Positions 20,903 to 30,287 of a stretch of 58,065 bases of DNA are shown here, piece after piece. The notes below the pieces were generated by a model. That model did no database searches. It worked only from the letters and a program-made list of their open reading frames with translations, and had not been told where the DNA came from. Numbering within the stretch: position 1 is the stretch's first letter; every line of letters starts with the position of its first letter. A program made the position numbers and the translations under genes. The DNA comes from a virus (lineage: Duplodnaviria > Caudoviricetes): positions 1 to 58,065 of IMG/VR virus record IMGVR_UViG_3300027911_000015, one strand, 5' to 3'.

Positions 20903-21622
20903 TTAGAATCTAGCGATTGATGTTACTCCATAAGGAACATTAGGTAGTTGAACTCGGGTTTGTGGTCCACCATTTTGCAATAGCGAACTCTGCAATTCTT
21001 GGTTTGGATTTCCACCCTTTATTGGATTACTTATCTGGTTCGAAAGGTCTGATTGTGTTGTCAATACCTTGAATGGTGTTGTATCTGTCAGGACTTCCCA
21101 ATAGAAATATGCGAATGTGATTGTCAGTCTGTGGTGGTTATCGTCACTCCAATTCAAATCCAACTGATTCATTGAGTGAGGAAATGCATCGACCAGCCTT
21201 ACTGCATATACCAATTGGTCTGATACGTCATACTGGTTGATAACGATATCTGCTGTGTATGTTTTTCTTCCTGATTCATCGATCTTGTATTCCATGTCCC
21301 AGTTGCGTGTGGGACTGATCTTCTCGAACCAGATATCAAACAGTGACTTCTCTTTCATGTCCGAGCCGACAATGAATGTCAGAGTAACGTCCTGGAATTG
21401 AACTTGGTTTGGATAGCGTTCGATAGGACCATAGATCCGCTGGTCGTGGGTGTTGAGGGTCTTACCTGGAAACTCCGCCGATTCGCAACGAAGGGTCATC
21501 GTCCTGTCGCCAATACCTGCGAGGGTTGCAATCGTAAACGGAATATTCAACTGCACATTGAATCTGTTGGTGCGGCTGATATCGTTGGTGAAACTACTGA
21601 TGAATTCGTAGATTTCTGGCAT
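20903..21622 (-). CDS. gp54: Tail tube initiator / tube-like protein (T4 gp54/gp19 family)
   Basis: RTNRFNV, RCESAEFPG, LVDAFP..LNW..LTITFAY. Confidence 0.75.
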   Translation of the reverse strand: MPEIYEFISSFTNDISRTNRFNVQLNIPFTIATLAGIGDRTMTLRCESAEFPGKTLNTHDQRIYGPIERYPNQVQFQDVTLTFIVGSDMKEKSLFDIWFEKISPTRNWDMEYKIDESGRKTYTADIVINQYDVSDQLVYAVRLVDAFPHSMNQLDLNWSDDNHHRLTITFAYFYWEVLTDTTPFKVLTTQSDLSNQISNPIKGGNPNQELQSSLLQNGGPQTRVQLPNVPYGVTSIARF

Positions 21623-21630
21623 TATTGTTC

Positions 21631-22218
21631 CTATGTGATCTTTCTGACCGACTCTTCTTGTACCACAGTAGCCGGCTTCTTCCTAAACTGCTCCACTGGA
21701 AGGAAACAGGCTACCTCCCACTCATCTGGAGTTACCAAGAGGGGCCTGCTACCCATGTTAGTTACCAGATACCTCTTGATACAGGGCTTGAAAGCCTTCA
21801 GACTCCGAGTGTTCTTCAGTATGTTGTATGTCACGCGGAGTCGTTCCTGGTCGTTCCTAGGCGAATCCTCCGCATAGTCCATCAGCATATCCATGAAAGA
21901 CGCTCTCAACATGACAGGTAGGTAATGAAGGTTCAAACCTAGGAAACCATCCGTATACTTTTCGAGGATGATTACCAGCGGGAAGGTATCATAGTACGGT
22001 AACTTGTTCGCCAGCTTCGGATCGTAGTAGAAAAAGTAGAGTTTTCCGACCATTCCTCCCTGTGCCCGATTGCCTTCTTTAGCAATCGAATTCGCCATTC
22101 TGGCACCACCACGAAGTTCATCTGTCTTTCGGCTCAACCAACGAACAGAATCAGCGGAGAATCGTTGATATCCGAGTTGACCTCTTTGCTGTGCTAATGT
22201 TGTAAGTTTGGATGCCAT
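21631..22218 (-). CDS. gp2: DNA end protector protein (T4 gp2-like)
   Basis: YDPK..LPYYDTFPL, GFLGLNLHYLP, PCIKRYL. Confidence 0.92.
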   Translation of the reverse strand: MASKLTTLAQQRGQLGYQRFSADSVRWLSRKTDELRGGARMANSIAKEGNRAQGGMVGKLYFFYYDPKLANKLPYYDTFPLVIILEKYTDGFLGLNLHYLPVMLRASFMDMLMDYAEDSPRNDQERLRVTYNILKNTRSLKAFKPCIKRYLVTNMGSRPLLVTPDEWEVACFLPVEQFRKKPATVVQEESVRKIT

Positions 22219-22225
22219 GTGGTAT

Positions 22226-22660
22226 TTATCTGATACCCAGATCCTTTTCCGTGATGATTTTGAACTCCCAACCTCTGTCCTTACAGTATTCTGTGGCTGC
22301 CGCCCATTTTGCCTGATTGATTCCGTATGTGGTGACCTCAGAAATGTAGCGTTTAGTGACCCGTTTTCTTACTTTCGGCTCAACCGTCTGGTTCTCCGGC
22401 TTGATTTCGACCACATAGGTTCTCGGAATACCATCCTTCATGACTTTGATAATCATGTCTGGGAAGTAGCGATGCTGCCTTCCGTCCACAGGCGATATAT
22501 ACGGAATAACCAGTTCCTCTGAACCCCAGGCGAGAATGTCAGGGTTTTCATCAAAGAATCGCATTACTCTTAGTTCCCACGTGGACCTCCAAAAGATTTT
22601 CTGGTGGTCTCCAATATACTTTTGTGGATTTCGTGGTCGGAATCGTCCTGAGTACGCCAT
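22226..22660 (-). CDS. gp4: Head completion nuclease (T4 gp4-like, TnsA-N fold); start moved to MAYSG
   Basis: YSGRFRPRNPQKY.GD, RSTWE, WGSEE, RYFPD, VEIKP, NQAKW. Confidence 0.92.
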   Translation of the reverse strand: MAYSGRFRPRNPQKYIGDHQKIFWRSTWELRVMRFFDENPDILAWGSEELVIPYISPVDGRQHRYFPDMIIKVMKDGIPRTYVVEIKPENQTVEPKVRKRVTKRYISEVTTYGINQAKWAAATEYCKDRGWEFKIITEKDLGIR

Positions 22661-22696
22661 ATAAATAGTCCATAATATCAATCCACTGTATTTATC
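22660..22696. promoter_or_regulatory. Overlapping face-to-face late promoter motifs: TATAAATA (+, 22660-22667, for gp48) and GATAAATA (-, 22689-22696, for gp4)
   Basis: Motifs seen in the 47-nt gap between divergent genes. Confidence 0.6.
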
Positions 22697-22707
22697 AAAG
22701 GTCTCCA

Positions 22708-23769
22708 ATGCCAGCAATCAGCGTTCAGCCCACAGGAACCAAGCCAACATCCAGCGCAAGTCCAAAAGGACCCTTGGCGAAACTGTACAATTCAGACAAG
22801 TATGATTTCACCAGCAGGACCTACCCTATCGACCTAGCTTCAGATGGTCGAGGTCACTATGTAAATTTCTATATCAATGTGAATAACTCATCTGAGTATC
22901 TGAAGAAGAACAAATGGGTCATTGTAAACCAGAAAAGTTCGGCACAACAAGGCCAGCAAGTTCGTCCAGGACAGCAATTGGTTTCTGGAAACTTCACAGG
23001 TGTTCCTTTCGGTGAGACATTGAACACTGCCAAGAATACTGTCAACAGCATTCAGCAGGCGGTTGTTGGTCGCAATACCAAGAGAATCACACAGGCAATT
23101 TCCATGTATATGCCAGATTCACAGGTCGTGGCAACATACAACTTTGATTGGCAAAGCAGCAGTCTTACCGAGGCACTCGGAAATCTAGGTTTCGGTGCCC
23201 AGGCCATGAAGTCATTGACCAATGTGGATACAGGTTCCATTAAAGGTGCGTTGAATAGCGTAGCCACAGATCCTTTTTATGCTGAACTTGCTGGTAAGAT
23301 AGGTTCTACCGTTGGTCTGACAGGAAACAATGCCGGCGACTTCTTGATGTATGCCAGTGGACATGCTTCCAACCCGCAACTTGAAGTCCTTTTCCGAGGC
23401 ATCGGCTTCCGTGAATTTCAATTCGTGTTCTTCATGTCACCAAAGAGTCCTCAGGAAGCACAGAATTGCCTTGACATTATCAAGACTTTCAAGTTCCATG
23501 CATCACCAGAATTATCAACGCAAAGTCGTTACTGGATCATGCCATCTGAATTTGATATTCAATTCATTCACAATGGCCCCAACGGTGCTGAAGAGAATAC
23601 CAATATCCACAAGATTTCAACTTGCATCATCACCAATATAGATGTGAACTACGCTCAGAATGGTGTATGGTCTACTTTCTATGACGGTGTTCCAACACAA
23701 ATCATGTTGACACTCCAGTTTAAGGAAGTCGAACAGATCACACGTCAACGTATCGATCAAGGATATTGA
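22708..23769 (+). CDS. gp48: Baseplate tail tube cap (T4 gp48-like)
   Basis: ISMYMP, NPQLEVLFRG..FREFQF.F..PKS.QEA..II.TFK, LTLQFKE. Confidence 0.88.
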   Translation: MPAISVQPTGTKPTSSASPKGPLAKLYNSDKYDFTSRTYPIDLASDGRGHYVNFYINVNNSSEYLKKNKWVIVNQKSSAQQGQQVRPGQQLVSGNFTGVPFGETLNTAKNTVNSIQQAVVGRNTKRITQAISMYMPDSQVVATYNFDWQSSSLTEALGNLGFGAQAMKSLTNVDTGSIKGALNSVATDPFYAELAGKIGSTVGLTGNNAGDFLMYASGHASNPQLEVLFRGIGFREFQFVFFMSPKSPQEAQNCLDIIKTFKFHASPELSTQSRYWIMPSEFDIQFIHNGPNGAEENTNIHKISTCIITNIDVNYAQNGVWSTFYDGVPTQIMLTLQFKEVEQITRQRIDQGY

Positions 23770-23770
23770 T

Positions 23771-24391
23771 ATGTCAAGATACTTCAACTATTTCCCAAAA
23801 CTGATTTCCTCACAAAACAATTCTGCGCAGATTGTCACCAACATCATCGCCAGGGTTGAAGAGTTGAATTCACTAAAGAATAACTCCCTTGTATACTATC
23901 AATACAGTATCCAAGAAAGTGATACGCCAGAAATCATTGCAGACAAGTATTATGGTGATCCCGAAAAGCATTGGATTATCCTGTTGACAAACGATATTCA
24001 GGATCCATTCTTCGATTGGCCAATGCCTTACCAAATCTTCGCTGATTATGTGGAGAATAAGTATCTTCCTATGGCCAATACGATGGCAGGTCAGACAGGC
24101 ACCGCCTGGGCACAATCCAATATCCAAGCATACCAGAAGGTCATCAGTAGCACCGATGCAGCCTCGGGCAACACCACCGTTCGAACCTATTCCGTTGACG
24201 CGAACACCTATAACACCATCGTATCTCAGACAATCACCACTGCATTGAACACAGTCAAGATTGACAAATCAACCTTGTCTTACTATGACTATGAAGTGAA
24301 TCTGAATGAATCGAAAAGAACTATCTTCTTGCTGAATAGTTCGTATGTGGACCAAATCATGAACGAGTTGATTACTCTGATGGGTCAATAA
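23771..24391 (+). CDS. gp53: Baseplate wedge subunit (T4 gp53-like, LysM-like)
   Basis: YFNYFP, DTPEIIADKYYGD..HWIILLTN..DP..DWP, YEVNLNESKR. Confidence 0.9.
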   Translation: MSRYFNYFPKLISSQNNSAQIVTNIIARVEELNSLKNNSLVYYQYSIQESDTPEIIADKYYGDPEKHWIILLTNDIQDPFFDWPMPYQIFADYVENKYLPMANTMAGQTGTAWAQSNIQAYQKVISSTDAASGNTTVRTYSVDANTYNTIVSQTITTALNTVKIDKSTLSYYDYEVNLNESKRTIFLLNSSYVDQIMNELITLMGQ

Positions 24392-24912
24392 TGGAAAAAC
24401 TGACCTACGAACAAGCCCGCAGTATCATTGAAGATGGAGACATTGTATTTTTCCATGGGTTTCTATCAATCAAACACCCCATCGAAAGCACGATTCGCAT
24501 TGTGACGAGTTCTCCGTTTACGCATGTGAATATTGCATTCTGGGTTGAGATTGCTGGTCAGCGTAGGTTGATGGCGGTTGAGGCACAAGGAGGCACCAAG
24601 CGCCGTATCATCAACATGAGCCACTATTCAGACAAGCCGATGACCGTAGTGAAAGGTCTGAAGCCTTGGAATGACATTGCATCCGATGCCTTGAGTCGCA
24701 TCGAGATTCAGAGATATAGTTATGTGACCGCAGTATACGCAGGACTACGGGATTTCTCCATGCACCGCCTTGGTGCAAAGTTGCCCAAGATGCAGCATCC
24801 AGGTGAAATTTGTTCCGAATTCTGCGCAAGAATGTCCGGTCTCCCTGAAACAGACCTTAGTCCTGGTGCCCTGTATGCGGCATTGATGATGGTTACAACT
24901 GAGAAGAAATAA
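24391..24912 (+). CDS. Permuted NlpC/P60 (YiiX/YebB-like papain-fold) hydrolase
   Basis: GDIVFF..SPFTHV (His first), VEAQGG, YSY, ICSEF (Cys last). Confidence 0.75.
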   Translation: MEKLTYEQARSIIEDGDIVFFHGFLSIKHPIESTIRIVTSSPFTHVNIAFWVEIAGQRRLMAVEAQGGTKRRIINMSHYSDKPMTVVKGLKPWNDIASDALSRIEIQRYSYVTAVYAGLRDFSMHRLGAKLPKMQHPGEICSEFCARMSGLPETDLSPGALYAALMMVTTEKK

Positions 24913-26273
24913 TGGCTGAACAAAAAGGTATTTTGTATCCACAGGATTTTGTCTTATTGGATTGTCGCATAGTCACGGCACTAGGACAACCATTGGATAT
25001 CAAGCCTATCGTTCTTGAACTGAATCTGTTTGAGGACCTTTATGCTTCCTATGTGTCTGGCTCAGTTGTTATCTCCGATGCCGGCTCGATCATCAACAAC
25101 TACAATATATCAGGAAATGAATTTCTGATATTGTCTTTCGGCAAGCCCAGTGATACCGACACAATCAAAAGAACATTCCGTGTCTATAAAGTAGACAACC
25201 GAAGAATGTTGCAAGACCAGAATGAAATGTATACACTGCATTTCTGTTCAGAAGAAGTGGTCCTGTCCGAGCAATACAAGATAAGCAGATCATATGTTGG
25301 AAGCAGTATTGGTTCCATCGTCAATGATATTCTTGCTAACATACTGAAGGTTGATCCAAAGAAGATCAACAACATTGAAACAACCAGAGGCATGTATGAG
25401 TTTATCATTCCGAACATGAAGCCTCTGGAAGCCATGAGTTGGTTGTCCACCTATGCTATCTCGTCCTCTCCTAAGACCACAGGATCACCATATCTCTTCT
25501 TCGAGAACAAGGCAGGATTCAATTTTCAATCCCTGCAATCCTTGGTTCAACAGAATGCTGTTCGTTCATATCAATATCGTCCCAAGAATCTGAATGATCC
25601 AACAGATGCCCGTGTCAAGGACCTTGCCGCGGATCTTGTCAATGTTTTGTCTTATGAACACATCAACAATTTTGATATGATCGAATCGATTATGAATGGA
25701 ACATTTGCCAATCAACTTTTGTCCATTGATCCGATCCTTCGCAAATCCACAATAACGAATTTCGATTATGCGAAGTATCTACCAAAGAGTTCGTCCCTAA
25801 ACAAGTATGGCATCCTTAGCAATGCGAAGAATCGTTTCGGTGACACAGCGAATCAAACACCCGAGGCAGTCTATAAGGTCGTCACGACCAACACAGGTCA
25901 AAACAGGGACCCATATATACTAAATCATCAGCCATCAATCAAAGATATCAACGTAGAGACATTCATTCCATACAGAACGTCACAGATTGCGCAGATGAAC
26001 ACTCACAGGATACGTATCTCCATTCCTGGCGACCCAACTATCAAGGTAGGTGATGTAATCATTTTCACGTATCCCGAAATGGAATCCCGAGACACTGGTC
26101 GGAATGATGATAGATACTATAGTGGAAGTTTCTTGGTCACTGCCCTGAGACACCAGATCAACCAAGAAAACAAGTTTGTGTCACTGCTTGAGATTTCTAA
26201 AGAGAGTTCTCCCACAGCAATGCAGAGTTTTGATAATACTCTGCCTGCTTGGAAGACAATGAGGAATTCATAA
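24912..26273 (+). CDS. Baseplate hub protein (gp27/VgrG-like position)
   Basis: LFEDLY..SGSVVISD, FIIPNMKP, YLFFEN..GFNF, IPGD..IKVGDVI, YSGSFLVTALRH; precedes gp5. Confidence 0.7.
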   Translation: MAEQKGILYPQDFVLLDCRIVTALGQPLDIKPIVLELNLFEDLYASYVSGSVVISDAGSIINNYNISGNEFLILSFGKPSDTDTIKRTFRVYKVDNRRMLQDQNEMYTLHFCSEEVVLSEQYKISRSYVGSSIGSIVNDILANILKVDPKKINNIETTRGMYEFIIPNMKPLEAMSWLSTYAISSSPKTTGSPYLFFENKAGFNFQSLQSLVQQNAVRSYQYRPKNLNDPTDARVKDLAADLVNVLSYEHINNFDMIESIMNGTFANQLLSIDPILRKSTITNFDYAKYLPKSSSLNKYGILSNAKNRFGDTANQTPEAVYKVVTTNTGQNRDPYILNHQPSIKDINVETFIPYRTSQIAQMNTHRIRISIPGDPTIKVGDVIIFTYPEMESRDTGRNDDRYYSGSFLVTALRHQINQENKFVSLLEISKESSPTAMQSFDNTLPAWKTMRNS

Positions 26274-28204
26274 TGTATCAGAAGAACCATATAGGAAAAT
26301 CAGGATTTGTTTGGTGGTATGGCGTGGTGGAGAATCGCAACGATCCTCTATTCCTCGGTCGCTGCCAGATCCGTATCTATGGTTACCACTCCGACGATCT
26401 GACACAGATACCTTCCGCGGACCTTCCTTGGGCCCAGCCAGTAATTCCTCCCAACGCATCCAAGACCTTCAGTGCGCCACAAGAAGGTGAAATGATCGTT
26501 GGATTCTTTGCGGATGATGAGTCTGCCCAGATGCCGGTATATCTCGGCGTACTACCAGGTATACCAAGCCAGGCAGCGAATCAGTCGAAGGGCTTCAATG
26601 ATTTACGTGTCAAGGAACAATTGGACAACGCTCCAGTTAAGCCGGTGTCTCGTTTGCTTACGGGCACCGATGGAGTCCTGGTCAAGACGGAGAATCGAAC
26701 CCCATATCCCCGCGACATTGACGTTCCTACCACCAGTCAATTGGCTATCAACGAAAGCACAGCAAACACGGTCATTGACTTTCGGTTGAAGAATTGGGTG
26801 CAGGTAGATTCGGTCAACGGTTCAACATGGAAAGAACCGGTCACAGGATATAACACTCTATATCCATTCAACTCGACCTTCGAGTCGGAGTCCGGACACG
26901 TAATTCAGGTAGATGATACGCCAGGTAATGAGCGAATCATGTTCGCTCATAGGACAGGCACCACCACAGAATACTACAATTCTGGAACAAAATTGGATAA
27001 GGTGGTCAAAGACAACTACACTATCGTACACGGTTCCGATTTCGTTTATGTGCAGGGCAAAGTCGTTCTTACATGCGATAACGTTGCCCACATCCGCATC
27101 AAGGGTGCCGCAGTCATTGAGATTGATGGTGATGTAGATTGGAAGGTGGGTGGTAATATGAATCTGACCGTCGGAAAGAATCTAAATATCAAGACGGCTC
27201 AAGATGTGAACTTTGATGTTGGTGGCAACATTGAGCAGGTGACACAAGGTTCTTTCCATGCTCAAGCAGGAAGTACATTTGATGTTCTCGCCACAGGAAT
27301 TGTTTCTTTAGATGGCGCTATAGTTATGATCGATCCTCTGGATCTATCAGGAGGCGGATCACCTGGTGCCACTGCCGCCGGCATTGAAAGTCCTAATGGA
27401 TATAATAATCCACCTGAAGTCACACCAACACCAGAAAAAATCAAGCCCGTCAAGTATCCAAAGCCGGCTGTTCCTGCGGCGATATTGCCACCAACTGATG
27501 CGACAAAACCGGAGAATGCTATGGTATCAGATACACCACAACCCGCCGCAAATACGACCGACTTCCTATCAAGTTCAACCGATATTTGCTTTACATTGCC
27601 TATGATGCAGGCCGCAACCTTTGGAACCACTCCTGTTTCCATGCTCAACAAGTATCTGCCTGGTCTGAACAAGCTATGCACGAAATACGGAATCAATACG
27701 CCACTCCGCAAATCGCATTTCCTTGCTCAGATTGCTCATGAGTCTGGAGGTTTCTATACGACCGAAGAGAATCTGAACTATGATGCAGCAGGACTTATCC
27801 GCACATGGCCAACCCTGTTTGATGCCACGACAGCACCACTGTATGCCCACCAACCCATGAAGATTGCCAATCGTGCCTATGCTAATCGTATGGGTAATGG
27901 TGATGAGGCTTCGGGCGATGGATGGTTGTATCATGGCCGTGGATTGATCCAGCTTACGGGTCACGACAACTATGTCCGCTTCGCCAATGCCATTGGCATG
28001 TCACTTGCTGATGCGATTGCATATCTACAAACACCCGATGGTGCTGTAGAGTCCGCCGGATGGTTCTGGGCATCCCGTTCAATCAATCTTGCTGCGGATA
28101 ACAATGATATCAATACCGTAACGAAATTGGTGAATGGAGGTCTGAATGGAATCCAAGACCGTATCAACCGATTCGACGCAGTATATCCACTGACCCAGCA
28201 ATAA
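26273..28204 (+). CDS. gp5: Baseplate central spike gp5 fused to a C-terminal GH19 (lysozyme-like) domain; ATG at 26273
   Basis: WWYGVVENRNDP.FLGR..R, YPFN..ESGH..DDTPG.ER..HRTG, beta-helix repeats; HFLAQIAHESG..EENLNY..YHGRGLIQLTG..NY..INTVTKLVNGG. Confidence 0.9.
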   Translation: MYQKNHIGKSGFVWWYGVVENRNDPLFLGRCQIRIYGYHSDDLTQIPSADLPWAQPVIPPNASKTFSAPQEGEMIVGFFADDESAQMPVYLGVLPGIPSQAANQSKGFNDLRVKEQLDNAPVKPVSRLLTGTDGVLVKTENRTPYPRDIDVPTTSQLAINESTANTVIDFRLKNWVQVDSVNGSTWKEPVTGYNTLYPFNSTFESESGHVIQVDDTPGNERIMFAHRTGTTTEYYNSGTKLDKVVKDNYTIVHGSDFVYVQGKVVLTCDNVAHIRIKGAAVIEIDGDVDWKVGGNMNLTVGKNLNIKTAQDVNFDVGGNIEQVTQGSFHAQAGSTFDVLATGIVSLDGAIVMIDPLDLSGGGSPGATAAGIESPNGYNNPPEVTPTPEKIKPVKYPKPAVPAAILPPTDATKPENAMVSDTPQPAANTTDFLSSSTDICFTLPMMQAATFGTTPVSMLNKYLPGLNKLCTKYGINTPLRKSHFLAQIAHESGGFYTTEENLNYDAAGLIRTWPTLFDATTAPLYAHQPMKIANRAYANRMGNGDEASGDGWLYHGRGLIQLTGHDNYVRFANAIGMSLADAIAYLQTPDGAVESAGWFWASRSINLAADNNDINTVTKLVNGGLNGIQDRINRFDAVYPLTQQ

Positions 28205-28205
28205 T

Positions 28206-28233
28206 AAAAAAAGCCCTCGCAAGAGGGCTTTTT
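28206..28233. terminator. Bidirectional intrinsic terminator between convergent gp5 and gp32
   Basis: aaaaaaagccctc-gcaa-gagggcttttt. Confidence 0.9.
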
Positions 28234-28283
28234 AGTTGGATAACGACACTTTCACGTCATCCTTAGTGGTCCAACGACATTGA

Positions 28284-29180
28284 TTACTCGTCGTTAGCCA
28301 GCCTGTCAAAGAACTTGAGGTCTTCATCATCATCAGAAGTACCAACGATATCAGCATCAGATACCGCAGGCTTGGCAGTAGGTAGCTTACCCTGCTTGGC
28401 TTGTTCCACGGTTGTCTGTGGACGTTGCGTGCCATCACCATTCAGACCAAGAACCTTGTCAAGACGAGCCTTGAGGGCATCGTAGGACTTGAAGTTCTTT
28501 TCTGTGACCAGATCCTTCAGAGGATATTCGGACTTCCAAATCTTTTCCATCTTAGCGTCATCGGCAAGCAGGGGACCTGCATCAGCGAATTCACTCTTAT
28601 CGTAGTTCGGATATCCTTCAACCTTACGAATCTTCAGCTTGAAGTTCGCACCAGTCCACATATCGAATGGGTTGATAGGCGTTTCATCTTCAAACTCAGG
28701 ATTCATGGCGCTGGTGATCTTTTCGAAAATCTTCTTTCCGAACTTGAACAGGAACACCTTGCCATTGTTTTCTGGGTGCTTAGGATCTTCCACGATATAC
28801 ACGTTGGCAATGTAGGACAGCTTGCGCTTTTGCTTACGTGCGATTTCCTTGTTAGCTTCGACACCAGAATTCCAAAGAGTGCTGTTGTACTCCGAAACTG
28901 GGTCGTTCTTATTAAGGGTGGTCAGTGAGTTTTCGATGTACCATCCGCCTGGGCCTTGGAAACCATGCGAGAACATCTTGACCCACGGAAGGGCGTCATC
29001 ACCATCAACTTCGGGAGCAGGAAGGAAACGGATTACAGCATAACCGTTACCAGCCTTATCAACTTCAGGCTTCCAGAAATTTTCTTCCTTGGATTGACCT
29101 TCGCCTTGATTGAGTGCTTCGACTGCCTTGGTGAGTTTTTCGAGACTTGAGGACTTCTTGAGGTTTTGAAATGCAGACAT
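28284..29180 (-). CDS. gp32: Single-stranded DNA-binding protein (T4 gp32-like)
   Basis: DKAGNGYAVIRFLPA, HGFQGPGGWYIENSLTT, GANFKLKIRKVEGY.NYDKSEF, acidic tail. Confidence 0.96.
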   Translation of the reverse strand: MSAFQNLKKSSSLEKLTKAVEALNQGEGQSKEENFWKPEVDKAGNGYAVIRFLPAPEVDGDDALPWVKMFSHGFQGPGGWYIENSLTTLNKNDPVSEYNSTLWNSGVEANKEIARKQKRKLSYIANVYIVEDPKHPENNGKVFLFKFGKKIFEKITSAMNPEFEDETPINPFDMWTGANFKLKIRKVEGYPNYDKSEFADAGPLLADDAKMEKIWKSEYPLKDLVTEKNFKSYDALKARLDKVLGLNGDGTQRPQTTVEQAKQGKLPTAKPAVSDADIVGTSDDDEDLKFFDRLANDE

Positions 29181-29260
29181 ATTATTACTCCTTTGTATCG
29201 TATTGTCGTTGTATTACGGATTATCCACGGTATTCATAATATAGATTTATTTAGGCTCCG

Positions 29261-29581
29261 TTAGGACCTATATGCGATGTTTTTTACGGTAGTTGGTTCG
29301 GTAGGATAAACTCTACCATTTTCTGCCGACTTTCTAGCTTCGTAATTATCGACCACACATCGTTGAAATTCCCTCTTGCAACATTCTAACATACCGACCA
29401 CATCGTTCATGTCGGAATACCGCATAGTAAGGGGATTGTAAACTTGGTTGATTAGTTCCGAGATAGCATAGTTCATTTGGCCTTCCCGACCCGAATGCAT
29501 ATTCTTGTCACGAATCGCCTGAGCGAGTTTCGTAATTTCTGGAAGAAGGGAATCCCGAAGGTCTTGTGAAATATAAGGCAT
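29261..29581 (-). CDS. Conserved phage hypothetical protein (MPYI..R..G.MNY.I..Y...N...G.LEC.K.EF.R...YE.K...NG type)
   Basis: ATG at 29581 behind GGAG; recognisable phage family pattern. Confidence 0.7.
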   Translation of the reverse strand: MPYISQDLRDSLLPEITKLAQAIRDKNMHSGREGQMNYAISELINQVYNPLTMRYSDMNDVVGMLECCKREFQRCVVDNYEARKSAENGRVYPTEPTTVKNIAYRS

Positions 29582-29582
29582 A

Positions 29583-30287
29583 TTAGTCTCCCAGTTGAGT
29601 CTTGAAGAATTCATAACGATTGAGGCGGGATTCGTGTGTTTCCTTCACGATATCCACACACCTCTTGCATAGCATAGGACTCACCTTCGACACATAATGA
29701 GTCTTGTGCTTTTCTTCCACTTCACCGCACATGGAGCAAAGGTAGTGGTTACCCGACCTGCGATTACCATACTTGTCTCGCTTGAGAATACCAGGATAGT
29801 AGAATTGCAGGTTGTTGAGGTAGCAATGTAGTTCTTCGAAGGTATTGAAAATCTTGGTGGTCTCCGCCTGCATCCAGCCAGGGACTTCCTTCAGGTCACC
29901 ATACGAGTTCACCATGAACACCGGCATGTCCATCATGAACGCTTCGTGAACCTCTGAGGTCGTTCCGGCACCTCGGCGCACAGATTCATCGTAGTAGATG
30001 ATGAGGGCATCAGTGTCGAACTTCAGAAGATTGATATCAGTTTCGATGAAGTGTACGCGAAGATTCGACTTGAATTGAAGGTGGTCGGTCTTAGAGTCAT
30101 AGTGATAGAGTTCTCCGTGAGCCTTAGCGTAGGCGATATCCAATGCTGCGATATCGATAGGGTAGTAACCCATCTCCTTCAGTTGAGGAGAAATCTCTGC
30201 GCGCCAACCTGTGCCCATGTTCTTGGCGAACTGCATTCCCCCACTGAGGTAGATCGAGCCATTAGGATACTTTTGATTATCTATCAT
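29583..30287 (-). CDS. Nucleoside 2-deoxyribosyltransferase-like / nucleotide N-glycosidase with C-terminal Zn ribbon
   Basis: IYLSGGM..WR, D..LL..DALIIY, GAGTTSEV..A; CSMC and CKRC. Confidence 0.7.
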   Translation of the reverse strand: MIDNQKYPNGSIYLSGGMQFAKNMGTGWRAEISPQLKEMGYYPIDIAALDIAYAKAHGELYHYDSKTDHLQFKSNLRVHFIETDINLLKFDTDALIIYYDESVRRGAGTTSEVHEAFMMDMPVFMVNSYGDLKEVPGWMQAETTKIFNTFEELHCYLNNLQFYYPGILKRDKYGNRRSGNHYLCSMCGEVEEKHKTHYVSKVSPMLCKRCVDIVKETHESRLNRYEFFKTQLGD

